Assembly (NCBI GenBank): GCA_964570965.1
Contig: CAZNAX010000003.1
Location: 3,874-67,873 of the forward strand
Direction: 5' to 3'
Source of the DNA: an uncultured Desulfatibacillum sp.
GTDB lineage: Bacteria > Desulfobacterota > Desulfobacteria > Desulfobacterales > SpSt-501
DNA length: 64,000 nucleotides
Shown: one piece after another, positions 26,330 to 35,896 of the stretch
Numbering within the stretch: position 1 is the stretch's first letter
Layout of the letters: each line of letters starts with the position of its first letter
Notes under the pieces: generated by a model
Told to the model about the DNA's origin: nothing
Databases searched by the model: none
Seen by the model: only the letters and a program-made list of their open reading frames with translations
Made by a program: the position numbers and the translations under genes

Positions 26330-27484
26330 ATGGGAACGACCATGGTCATTGCCTCCAAACTGCCGGAAATCGGTTTGACGATTTTCTCCGAAATGACCCG
26401 CCTCGCTCTTCAACACGGCGCCATCAACCTTTCCCAGGGATTTCCGGACTTTGACACCCACACCGAATTAAAGGAGCTCGTCGCCAAATACATCCACGCG
26501 GGCCACAACCAGTATGCCCCCATGCCGGGCGTTGCCGCACTGCGGGAGGCCATCGCCACGAAGACTCGCTTGATGTATGGCGCCGTCTATGACCCCGACT
26601 CGGAAATCACGATTACGACCGGCGGCACCCAAGCCATCTATGCGGCGGTGACGGCGACGGTCCATCCGGGCGACGAGGTGATCCTCATCGAACCGGCCTA
26701 CGATTGCTATGCCCCGATCGTCCGGCTGAACGGCGGCGTACCGGTCTATTCCGCGTTGGATTTTCCATCCTACCGGATCGACTGGGAGGCCTTCAGGAGT
26801 CGAATCAACGCGAGAACCCGCTTGATCATCTTAAACTTCCCGCACAACCCCAGCGGCGCTGTTTTAAGCCCCCAGGACTTGGAAACCCTGGCCGCGATCC
26901 TGCGCCCCACCCCGGTGCTCATTCTCAGCGATGAAGTTTACGAACATATCGTGTTCGATGGTTTGAGCCACCAAAGCATGTCGCGCCATCCCGAACTGAG
27001 GCAACGCAGCTTCGTGGTCAACTCGTTCGCCAAAACCTATCACACCACTGGCTGGAAGGTCGGCTATTGCCTGGCTCCGCGTCCGCTTTCAGACGAGTTC
27101 CGCAAAATTCACCAATATATGGTTTTTGCAGTCAACACGCCGATTCAGCACGCGTATGCCGAGTTCTTGCAAGACAAACAGCGCTACCTGAGCCTTCCAG
27201 CGTTTTACCAGTCCAAACGGGACTGCTTCCTCGATTTGATCCGCAAATCGCGCTTCCGCCCGCTGCCCTGCTCCGGCACCTATTACCAGCTGCTGGACTA
27301 CCGTGCGATTTCAGAGGAGCCAGAACTGCAATTTGCCAGACGCTTGACCACGCAATACGGCGTGGCCGCCATCCCGCCATCGGTGTTCTATCACTGCGGC
27401 GAAGATCACAAGGTCTTGCGCTTCTGCTTTGCCAAAAGCGAAGTGACGCTCAACGCGGCGGCGGAACGCCTGAACGCCATATAA
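26330..27484 (+). CDS. class I/II pyridoxal-phosphate aminotransferase (YbdL/methionine-aminotransferase-like)
   Basis: 384 aa. 'INLSQGFPDF', 'QYAPMPG', 'NFPHNPSG', 'SDEVYEHIVFDG', 'NSFAKTYHTTGWKVGY'. The start could also be ATG 26342. Confidence 0.9.
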   Translation: MGTTMVIASKLPEIGLTIFSEMTRLALQHGAINLSQGFPDFDTHTELKELVAKYIHAGHNQYAPMPGVAALREAIATKTRLMYGAVYDPDSEITITTGGTQAIYAAVTATVHPGDEVILIEPAYDCYAPIVRLNGGVPVYSALDFPSYRIDWEAFRSRINARTRLIILNFPHNPSGAVLSPQDLETLAAILRPTPVLILSDEVYEHIVFDGLSHQSMSRHPELRQRSFVVNSFAKTYHTTGWKVGYCLAPRPLSDEFRKIHQYMVFAVNTPIQHAYAEFLQDKQRYLSLPAFYQSKRDCFLDLIRKSRFRPLPCSGTYYQLLDYRAISEEPELQFARRLTTQYGVAAIPPSVFYHCGEDHKVLRFCFAKSEVTLNAAAERLNAI

Positions 27485-27575
27485 TCATAAGGCCGGCCTC
27501 GCCGGCTGAACCTGCCGCCAAGAATACCGGCTCCCGCGGATGTTGCAGAAAACCGCCGTCGAATCCGTGCCGCAA

Positions 27576-29240
27576 TCACCGCCCTGCAGCCATCGGCCGC
27601 ACCCCCTGCGACCGCCGCGCGTGCAGCCAATATGGATCGATTAAATCCTCGAATATCGTCATGGCGGCTTCGGCGCCTTGCCCGGAGGCGGTTACGATCT
27701 GCTTGTAGCCGCCCTCAACATCTCCGGCCGAGTAGATGCCCGGCCGGCTGGTGCGATGGCGGCCGTCCTGTTTGATGTAGCCGTCCTCCGTGAGGTCCAG
27801 TCCCATTTTTTTTGCCAGTTCCACCGCCGGTTCGTACCCGATGGCGATGAAGACGCCGTCGGTGGGGAGAGCCGTCGAGCGTTGAGTGGCATGGTTGAAA
27901 AGCGCGATCTCCCGCACCCGCTCCTCGCCACGAATTTCCTGAATCTCGGTGTTCCAGAGCACGGGGATTTGATTTTCCGTCAGCTGCCGGGTAAGGAATT
28001 CCTGGGCGCGGAGGCTATCGCGGCGATGAATCAACGTGACCTTCACCCCCATGTGAAAAAGATGGAGGGCCTCGGTGACGGCGCTGTTGCCTCCACCCAC
28101 CATCACCACCTGCTTGCCCTTGAACAGGGGGCCGTCGCAGGTGCTGCAATAGCTGACCCCGCGACCGGCGAGTCGAGATTCGCCGGGCACATTGAGGTGG
28201 CGATGGTTGGCCCCGGTGGTCAGCAGAACGGTCTTGGTTAAAAACTTGCGACGACTGGTCTGCACGACAATCGGTGAAGCATACTGGACATCCACCACCC
28301 CTTCTCCTGGAAAAATCTGCACATACTGCAGCGCATGGCTCACCATGATGTCAACCAGGGTTTTGCCGCCCACGGACGTGAACCCGGGATAGTTTTCGAC
28401 CACCGGCGTGGTGGCTACCTGGCCGCCCAAGGCTTGACGTTCAACGATGGCGGTTTTCAAACCGCTGCGCACGGCATAAATCCCCGCAGTCAGACCGGCT
28501 GGCCCGCCCCCCACGATGAGCAGATCGGTCTCCACCTGTTCGGCATCGCTTTCCGGGATAAACAGGGTTTGGGGCTCCAGTTTTTGGAGCGACAGAGCGA
28601 ATACCTCTTCGGGTTGAGCGCCCTGACCGATCAGAATGTCGTTGGCGAAGGCCTGCGGAACGCTCAGCGCCGAATACTGCTTCGCCAACTCGGGCTCGCA
28701 TTGGATGTCGATGATCTCCAACGAGATCTGCTCCGGCAGTTCCATGGCGGCCTTTACGGCATTGACCGCCTGCTGCGGACAATACGGACACGTGGGACTG
28801 ACAAACACTTTGACATGCCGCGGCGTGTCGATTCGCTGGATCACCTTGCGCGACTGTTCGCTGAGGTTGCTCCGTCCCATGCCGACCAAGATCAGCGTCT
28901 CGAGAAAGGTTCGCGCCTCTTCACCCATGGGTGCGCCCAGCCAGCGGATAGCGTATTTTCCGGGAGCGATAATCAGCGTGGGAGAGCTCTCGACGTTGTG
29001 GCGGCGGGCCAGATCGTGAGCCAGATCGTATTCCTTCAACGTGATCCGGGGGCTCAACTCACGAAACGCGCGGATCACTTGGCGGGTCGTCTGGGCAAAA
29101 ACATCGTCACGGGCCTTGTCGACAAATAACAGCAGCGGAATGTCGTTAGGCAGCTGCTCGAATGTTTGGCGCAACTGCCTCAAATAGGCTTCGCTGGCCA
29201 GATCTTGCGCCGCTTCATCCCTGCCCTTCACACCTTGCAT
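27576..29240 (-). CDS. AhpF-like fusion: N-terminal thioredoxin/glutaredoxin-fold domains plus thioredoxin-disulfide reductase
   Basis: 554 aa. GGAGG SD. 'SPTCPYCPQ' redox motif, 'DLLIVGGGPAGLTAGIY' FAD site, 'YCSTCDGPLF' redox-active disulfide, 'VVMVGGGNSA' NAD(P)H site. Confidence 0.85.
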   Translation of the reverse strand: MQGVKGRDEAAQDLASEAYLRQLRQTFEQLPNDIPLLLFVDKARDDVFAQTTRQVIRAFRELSPRITLKEYDLAHDLARRHNVESSPTLIIAPGKYAIRWLGAPMGEEARTFLETLILVGMGRSNLSEQSRKVIQRIDTPRHVKVFVSPTCPYCPQQAVNAVKAAMELPEQISLEIIDIQCEPELAKQYSALSVPQAFANDILIGQGAQPEEVFALSLQKLEPQTLFIPESDAEQVETDLLIVGGGPAGLTAGIYAVRSGLKTAIVERQALGGQVATTPVVENYPGFTSVGGKTLVDIMVSHALQYVQIFPGEGVVDVQYASPIVVQTSRRKFLTKTVLLTTGANHRHLNVPGESRLAGRGVSYCSTCDGPLFKGKQVVMVGGGNSAVTEALHLFHMGVKVTLIHRRDSLRAQEFLTRQLTENQIPVLWNTEIQEIRGEERVREIALFNHATQRSTALPTDGVFIAIGYEPAVELAKKMGLDLTEDGYIKQDGRHRTSRPGIYSAGDVEGGYKQIVTASGQGAEAAMTIFEDLIDPYWLHARRSQGVRPMAAGR

Positions 29241-29434
29241 TTTCTAACCTCCCCAGGTCCGTGCACTCGGTGCCGGACCGCACTTAAAGATTAGGCGACT
29301 GCTGGCGGGACATAAAAGCATATCGACCTTGGACCGACAGCGGCCAAGCGCCCCAGTCATTCCGTTAACCGCCTTTGTTACCGAAGTAGCAAGGTAAAAC
29401 GCAGCGGACCGGTGTCAATCCGCCGGATCGACCC

Positions 29435-30160
29435 TCACCTGCTCTCGGATGGTGCCTCCGGGACTCCCAGCAGTGCCGCAGCCAAAGCCAGGTCCTCGGC
29501 CGTGGTGATCTTGATGTTGCGGGAGCTGCCAGGCCAAATGTGAACCACGGCTCCTATGCGCTCTACCAGGCTAGCGTCGTCAGTGGCCACCACCTGCTCA
29601 CGCCGCGCGCACTCGTGAGCTTTCCGAATCACGGCGGTCTGAAACGCCTGGGGGGTCTGCGCCGCCCATACGCGCTCCCGGGGTAGGGTGGCTTCGATGC
29701 AGCCGGAGTCCGAAATGCGTTTGAGGGTATCCCAGACGGGCAAAGCGGCGATGCACGCCCCGTGCTGCCTTGCAGCGTTGACGCACGCCGTGATGGTCTG
29801 CCCGGTCACGAATGGCCGGACGGCGTCATGAATCACCACCAGGGAGGCATCGAGAGGAATGGCGGCCAGGCCGTTGAAAACCGAATCCTGTCGCCGCCGG
29901 CCTCCGCCAACCACGGTAATGCGCTTGCATAATGCGGCGGGGTCTACCATGGCATCGCGCACAAAGGTGATATCCTCGGGCGGCACTACCAGGACGATTC
30001 GATCGATGATGTCACAACGGTCGAAGACGAGCAGGGTGCGCGTGAGAATCGGCACCCCCGCCAGCGCGATGTACTGTTTGGGAACGCGGCTGCGGAAACG
30101 GACCCCTTTTCCACCTGCGACGATAATAGCATACACCATGTCTGCGCCGAATGAATCCAT
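29435..30160 (-). CDS. ispD: 2-C-methyl-D-erythritol 4-phosphate cytidylyltransferase
   Basis: 'AIIVAGGKGVRF', 'PKQYIALAG', 'VVIHDAVRPF'. The start may be ATG 30139 (MVYAII) instead of 30160. Confidence 0.9.
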   Translation of the reverse strand: MDSFGADMVYAIIVAGGKGVRFRSRVPKQYIALAGVPILTRTLLVFDRCDIIDRIVLVVPPEDITFVRDAMVDPAALCKRITVVGGGRRRQDSVFNGLAAIPLDASLVVIHDAVRPFVTGQTITACVNAARQHGACIAALPVWDTLKRISDSGCIEATLPRERVWAAQTPQAFQTAVIRKAHECARREQVVATDDASLVERIGAVVHIWPGSSRNIKITTAEDLALAAALLGVPEAPSESR

Positions 30161-30220
30161 CCCTCAGCCCATGTGTCCTCACAGCGTGGCGACGGGCAGG
30201 CTGGCGGGCGGGGCCCTTTT

Positions 30221-31555
30221 TCACCTCAAATACTTGAGCTCTTTCGGCAAAGGGACTCCCTTGCCCATGGTATCTTCGCCATAATTGACAGCGGAAAGGA
30301 TCTCGATGTCCCTGAGCGTGCGGGCGTCTCCCTCGAACACGACTTCCTTGAGGTTTTCCTTTTGGATCTTACCACCGGCCCATTGGATGTCCAGGACGCT
30401 ACTGGCGTCAAACCGGTCCTCCCCTACAACGAGTTCCACCTGACCGCCGTAATGTTGTACGATTTTAGCCACCAGCAGGCTGGGTCGAGCGTGGAAGCCA
30501 AGCTTCTGAGGAACCCCCACCCGAACCATAGCACGCTCGATGTTTTCATTGAGAATCATCCGGGCATGCTCTTTGCCCAGCGCCAGAAAATGGCAAACAT
30601 AATACAGCCCGTAATTCATGGTGCAGTCGAGCAGCTGCTCCGGGGTCACCACCATCGCCAACTCGTCCTGCACGCGCTTATAGGTATTTTTGTACCCGGC
30701 TTCATGCAGGTGGCGTTCGTAGAAATGCAGGAGCCGGCCGACCATCTGGAGCAAATGGAACACCACGGAGAAGAACCCGCGCAATTGCTTGAGTTTCCGG
30801 TTTCCAAAGCGAAACCCCCCGTGAATCACGTAAGTGTCGAAGGAGGACTGCAGGTTGTGAACCAGCATCTCGTAACGCCGCACTTCGACTTCATTCACTT
30901 TGTCGGGAACAATCCCCAGAATCTCTGGGTACCGGTAGCGCTCATAGAATTTGATCTGGTCGAAATTTTTTACCAGGTTCAGAAATTCGCTGGCGATTTT
31001 GACAATGTGCTGTTTTTGCTGGTTGCGGTTCTCGTCATCAATGTCGTACTCCAGCGGATCGGTCGTCTGGATGCTGGGAAAATCGGCATCTTGAAAGCGA
31101 TTCTCCGGAAGAGGGATCCCCAACCGCTGCGCTTCGTTCAGCGCCGACGGCGCCATCTTCTGCAGGCACTGGTTAAGAAAACGTAGGCTTTCCTCTCCCT
31201 CGCGTTCGAAGTCCGCGCTGTCCGGAAGATCATAGTAGCGCAGTCGATTGGAGATATGCTTCTGAAAATTGGATGCCAAGCCGATATGACGCATGCCGGC
31301 CGTCAACTCACGAAATAGGTACCAGTTTTTATTATTTTTAGCACCGTGGTAATCGAGAAAGTCCTCCAGCAGGGTCGAGGACGAGGCCAGTGTGGAATAA
31401 AATTTCTGCGTAAAACGCAAGTTGTTCGAAGATCGACCGGCGATGTAAAATATGCATTTCAGAAAATCATGCGAAAAAATACCGATCTTTTCGGAAAATT
31501 TGGAGCTGGGCGCGGATAAAGAGGTTTCAGAGTGATGTTGCGAAATCTGATCCAT
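30221..31555 (-). CDS. 444-aa protein: uncharacterised ~340-aa N-terminal region fused to a C-terminal HPr (PTS phosphocarrier) domain
   Basis: C-terminal 'VGVPQKLGFHARPSLLVAKIVQHYGGQVELVVGEDRFDASSVLDIQWAGG...VFEGDARTLRDIEIL' matches the HPr fold; the active-site His codon is at 30491-30493. Start set to ATG 31553-31555 because the 527-aa ORF-track version runs into rnpB. Confidence 0.7.
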   Translation of the reverse strand: MDQISQHHSETSLSAPSSKFSEKIGIFSHDFLKCIFYIAGRSSNNLRFTQKFYSTLASSSTLLEDFLDYHGAKNNKNWYLFRELTAGMRHIGLASNFQKHISNRLRYYDLPDSADFEREGEESLRFLNQCLQKMAPSALNEAQRLGIPLPENRFQDADFPSIQTTDPLEYDIDDENRNQQKQHIVKIASEFLNLVKNFDQIKFYERYRYPEILGIVPDKVNEVEVRRYEMLVHNLQSSFDTYVIHGGFRFGNRKLKQLRGFFSVVFHLLQMVGRLLHFYERHLHEAGYKNTYKRVQDELAMVVTPEQLLDCTMNYGLYYVCHFLALGKEHARMILNENIERAMVRVGVPQKLGFHARPSLLVAKIVQHYGGQVELVVGEDRFDASSVLDIQWAGGKIQKENLKEVVFEGDARTLRDIEILSAVNYGEDTMGKGVPLPKELKYLR

Positions 31556-31637
31556 GCGATCCTGATGGGTGGAGTGCCCCCGACGATGAACGCCTCGCGT
31601 CGCCAGGTCGGTTTTCGATTCCGGGGATGGGATCAAC

Positions 31638-32029
<392 letters not shown>

Positions 32030-32046
<17 letters not shown>

Positions 32047-32767
32047 GATCTTCGTCCCAGTAAATGATCCTCTCACAGTTGGGGCAATTCTTCAAGCGAT
32101 CGACCCGCTGAAGGTCATTATACATCTGAGGTGGAATGTTCACATGGCAGCCGCCACAGACCGAGGCGGAAACCGAGCAGATGGCGACTCCGTTCGCCTT
32201 CTTGGCCTTGACGCGCCGGTAAAGGGCCAGGGCCTCCGCCGAAATCCGGCCCCCCAATGCATCCGCGTCCGCCCTTAACGCCTCTAACCGTTGCCGGGCC
32301 AACTCCGCGTCCTGCAGCACACTTTCTTTTTCAGCGCGAATCAAGCCCGCCTGGGCATTCAACCGATCTTGATGTTCTTTCACCGAAGCGCTCCCCGCCT
32401 CCACTTGCTCCATTCCCGCCAGAATCTCGTCTTCAATTTTGGATCCGATGGCGCTGAGATCATCGATCTCTTTCAGACCGGATTGGTATTCTTTGTTGGT
32501 CTTCACCGAGCGCAGTTTTTCTTGGCTTTTCGCGATCCGGCCCTGATTCACCAGCAAATCGGACTCAAGGGTCCGTATGCGTTTGCTAAGCTCCTGGATA
32601 TGAGCCTTCCCGGATTCAACGGCGGAAATGAATTGGTTGAGGTGATCGTCCAGTTCGGCCGTACGCCCCTCCACCTGATCCAGGTCCAGCTGGGTTCGAT
32701 GAATTTTCAGTTCAACATCTTGTAGTTTGACCAGCATAGCGATCTGATGCCGGATGTCATTGCGCAT
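32030..32767 (-). CDS. COG1579-type coiled-coil protein with C-terminal C4 zinc ribbon
   Basis: 245 aa. Long heptad region, then 'CSVSASVCGGCHVNIP...CPNCERIIYW'. Confidence 0.8.
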
Positions 32768-32842
32768 GAGCGCCGTCCTCCTTCGTTCCGGGGGATGCCG
32801 GGTTGAATGCCGCCATCACCCGGCAGCGCGGCGGCCGCAAGG

Positions 32843-33655
32843 TCACACCACCGAGAATGGGTCTTTTTCCAGCGAGCATGCCTGCACCTGAAACCGCCGG
32901 TGACGGCGGCTGAACGCCCGCCGCAAGCGCTGCACCATCGCGTCGACCATCAGATGCTCGGAATGGAAGTGCCCGACATCCACCACCCCGCGCCGGGCAT
33001 ATTCGATGTCACGGACTTCATGGTAACGTAGATCACCGCTGATGAAAGCGTGCGCGTCTGTTTTTAAAAAGTCGCCGACCAAACTACCGCCGCTTCCGGT
33101 CGCCACCGCCACGCGCTTGACGCGTAGATCTGGATCGCCTGCCATCCGAACCGTCGCAGCTCCCAGACGCTGTTTGACCTCCCGCGCCAGATCGACCAGA
33201 GGCATGGCTCGGGAGAGCGTTCCGACCCGGCCGATGCCGTGACGGCGGGAGTCGCTAGCGCCACCCGGTGGCATCAACGGCCCCAATCGCCGCAGCCCCA
33301 GACGGTGCGCCAGCAAATCGTTGAGCCCGCCCGCGACGGCATCCAAATTCGTGTGCAAGCAATAGATGGCCAAACCATGGCGCACGGCCAGCTCAATAAC
33401 GGCCCCGGAAGGCGTGTCGGTTGCGATTTGCTTGACCGGACGGAAAAAGAGGGGGTGATGCGTGATGAGCAGGTCGACCTGGAAACGGCACGCCGCAGCC
33501 ACCACATCCGGTCCGGAATCCAGCGCGACCCACACCGAGTCGATGCGTCTGCGCAGGTCTCCGATCTGCAAGCCGACGTTGTCCCACGCTTCGGCCAACG
33601 ATGGCGGCGCCATGCGCTCCAGCGCGTTAATGATGTCGGCAAGCAGCAGCTGCAT
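32843..33655 (-). CDS. Nif3-like dinuclear metal-centre protein (GTP cyclohydrolase 1 type 2 homolog)
   Basis: 270 aa. 'AEAWDNVGLQIGD', 'DLLITHHPLFF', 'AIYCLHTNLD', 'FISGDLRYHE', 'DVGHFHSE'. Confidence 0.9.
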   Translation of the reverse strand: MQLLLADIINALERMAPPSLAEAWDNVGLQIGDLRRRIDSVWVALDSGPDVVAAACRFQVDLLITHHPLFFRPVKQIATDTPSGAVIELAVRHGLAIYCLHTNLDAVAGGLNDLLAHRLGLRRLGPLMPPGGASDSRRHGIGRVGTLSRAMPLVDLAREVKQRLGAATVRMAGDPDLRVKRVAVATGSGGSLVGDFLKTDAHAFISGDLRYHEVRDIEYARRGVVDVGHFHSEHLMVDAMVQRLRRAFSRRHRRFQVQACSLEKDPFSVV

Positions 33656-33797
33656 GGTGCGAAAATGCGGATCCTCGCAGGTTCGGGAATATGCCGGCTC
33701 CTGGATGACCAGGATGAAAGAAGGCGCGGATTAGACCACCCACGCCTTGGGTCGAGGCATTGCCGCGCCAGCCGCCCGATAGATCTGAGCGGAGCGA

Positions 33798-33870
33798 TGG
33801 GCCCACCTGGGATCGAACCAGGGACCGACCGGTTATGAGCCGGTGGCTCTGCCAGCTGAGCTATGGGCCC
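33798..33870 (-). tRNA. tRNA with CAT anticodon (elongator Met or lysidine-modified Ile2; not initiator)
   Basis: GGGCCCATAGCTCAGCTGGCAGAGCCACCGGCTCATAACCGGTCGGTCCCTGGTTCGATCCCAGGTGGGCCCA folds as a 73-nt cloverleaf with CAT at positions 34-36. It lacks the C1:A72 mismatch and the 3-GC anticodon stem of initiators. CCA is not encoded. Confidence 0.93.
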
Positions 33871-33891
33871 CCAAGGCCTTGCGCCGCAACC

Positions 33892-33920
33892 TGTTTATCG
33901 ACTGGCCAAAGGTTTGTCAA
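33892..33920 (-). promoter_or_regulatory. candidate sigma70-type promoter for the tRNA-CAT gene
   Basis: On the minus strand: TTGACA (33915-33920), 17-nt spacer, TAAACA (33892-33897), about 20 nt upstream of the tRNA 5' end. The -10 element is weak. Confidence 0.35.
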
Positions 33921-33974
33921 GGTTGTCCGTCGATCGAGGACCTCCCCGCTGCGCTGCGGTCCGATCTCCCCGGC

Positions 33975-35858
33975 TTACGTTTCAATAAAATGCTTCAGTT
34001 TGCGGCTGCGGGTGGGATGACGGAGTTTGCGGAGCGCCTTGGCCTCGATTTGTCGGATGCGCTCGCGGGTCACCGCAAAGTCCTGACCGACCTCTTCCAA
34101 GGTATGATCGGCCTTCTCGCCGATGCCGAATCGCATCCGAAGCACCTTTTCCTCACGCGGCGTGAGTGTGGCCAGCACTTTTCGGGTTTGTTCCGCAAGA
34201 TTCATGCTCACGGCGGCTTCGGAGGGAAGCATGAATTTCTTGTCCTCGATGAAATCTCCCAGATGGCTATCCTCCTCCTCGCCGATGGGGGTTTCCAATG
34301 AAATCGGCTCGCGGGCGATTTTCAACACCTTCCGGACCTTTTCCAGCGGGATCTCCATTTTCTCGGCAATTTCCTCGGGAGTGGGTTCCCGCCCCTGCTC
34401 CTGCACCAGATAACGCGATGTGCGAATCAGTTTATTGATGGTTTCGATCATGTGCACCGGGATGCGAATGGTTCGCGCTTGATCGGCGATGGCTCGGGTA
34501 ATGGCCTGCCGGATCCACCAGGTGGCATACGTGCTGAATTTGTAGCCGCGGCGATACTCGAATTTATCCACGGCTTTCATCAAACCGATGTTGCCTTCCT
34601 GGATCAGGTCCAGAAACTGCAGCCCCCGGTTGGTGTATTTCTTGGCGATACTGACCACCAATCGAAGATTGGCCTTGGTAAGCTCGCTCTTGGCCAGCTT
34701 GGCTTTCAAGCGCCCCTCTTCGACGCTGGTCATAATGCGCTTCAACGCCCGGCTGTTGGCGCAAATTTCAACCTCCCGCGCACCATGCTTCTCGATCATC
34801 TGACGGATGTCGGCATAGGCGCCCGTAAGCTCTTCCTTCGTCGTATCGCTGCGACCGGACGCCCACCTCAAAAAGGCGGTCTTGGAGGTGAGATGATCCC
34901 GCAGCTCTTTGACGGGGGCGCTGAGTCTGTCCGCGTATTTGGCCACCCTCTTGGTCATGGATTCGGACCCCTCGATCTCCTGTTGGATCTTGCCCTCGAT
35001 CTCCTCGATCACACTGGCCTCCAACCGCCAGTCCTTAAGAAGATTGAATATGTCCGATATCAGCCGCTGCAAGTTACGTTTGGCCTTGCGTTGATCGTCG
35101 GCGTTACCGCTGGCGACATACGCCTTCTTGCGCTGCTCTAAGTTTTGCTGATGAAGGGTCTTGATCTGGCGGATGGTTTCGAGAAATTTTTCAGTTTGAA
35201 GCACCTCGTCGTTGTAGGTGTCGCCTTCGTCAATATCCCTCAACACATGCTTCGGCCGCAGGCTCCCGGTTTCGATTTTATCGCCCAGTTCAATAATGGC
35301 GTCCACCCCGATGATCGATTCCAGCAAGGAGCGCAGGACTTCCTGCTCGCCCGCTTCAATTTTCTTGGCAATTTCCACCTCGCCCTCGCGGCTGAGCAGG
35401 GTGACCATCCCCATCTCACGCAAGTACATCTTGACCGGGTCGGTCACGGATCCATAGTCGCCTCCATCCACCTCCTCGCTGACGATTTTACTTTCGGCAA
35501 CGCTTTTCAATTTCACGATTTTTTTGTTTTGCTTCTCGTCCACCACCTCGATGCCGTTGTCGTCAAACAACATCAGGGTCTCATCGATCTGTTCGGGGGA
35601 AAGCATGTCCTCTGGAAGCAATTCGTTTATTTCATCATAGGTGAGAAATCCCTGTTTCTTGCCTTTGGCGAGCAACTCTTGAATCGCCTTTTTGTTAACC
35701 TTGCTTTCCATCGGTTTTCCGCCGTCCGCGTTCATTTCTGGCCTGGCCGAACGCTTGGAGCCTTTAGGGTGCCTCGCTGCGACCGCTGGGGTGAGATCGC
35801 CGCGACGCTTGGCGGTTTTCTGAGCGGTGTCTTTTGGCTTTTTTGATTTTTTGGACAT
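33975..35858 (-). CDS. rpoD: RNA polymerase primary sigma factor RpoD
   Basis: '[33 protein letters not shown]', 'TIRIPVHM', '[30 protein letters not shown]'. Start placed at ATG 35856-35858 (MSKKSKK); the ORF-track start at 35897 is a GTG overlapping the dnaG stop. Confidence 0.95.
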   Translation of the reverse strand: MSKKSKKPKDTAQKTAKRRGDLTPAVAARHPKGSKRSARPEMNADGGKPMESKVNKKAIQELLAKGKKQGFLTYDEINELLPEDMLSPEQIDETLMLFDDNGIEVVDEKQNKKIVKLKSVAESKIVSEEVDGGDYGSVTDPVKMYLREMGMVTLLSREGEVEIAKKIEAGEQEVLRSLLESIIGVDAIIELGDKIETGSLRPKHVLRDIDEGDTYNDEVLQTEKFLETIRQIKTLHQQNLEQRKKAYVASGNADDQRKAKRNLQRLISDIFNLLKDWRLEASVIEEIEGKIQQEIEGSESMTKRVAKYADRLSAPVKELRDHLTSKTAFLRWASGRSDTTKEELTGAYADIRQMIEKHGAREVEICANSRALKRIMTSVEEGRLKAKLAKSELTKANLRLVVSIAKKYTNRGLQFLDLIQEGNIGLMKAVDKFEYRRGYKFSTYATWWIRQAITRAIADQARTIRIPVHMIETINKLIRTSRYLVQEQGREPTPEEIAEKMEIPLEKVRKVLKIAREPISLETPIGEEEDSHLGDFIEDKKFMLPSEAAVSMNLAEQTRKVLATLTPREEKVLRMRFGIGEKADHTLEEVGQDFAVTRERIRQIEAKALRKLRHPTRSRKLKHFIET

Positions 35859-35896
35859 GTCGTGGTGTCTCCCCGAATCCTCCGAAGTTGCCTGCA

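Noticed and set aside
26158-26358. N-terminal 67 residues of the 213-aa NUDIX ORF
   Set aside because: The extension would overlap the divergent aminotransferase start and has no Nudix-family counterpart. The internal ATG at 26157 yields a normal ~146-aa Nudix protein.
30173-31186. 337-aa plus-strand ORF opposite the HPr-fusion gene
   Set aside because: It is antisense to a gene with a recognisable HPr domain and a plausible SD and start. The product has no motifs and a skewed composition. Judged a shadow ORF.
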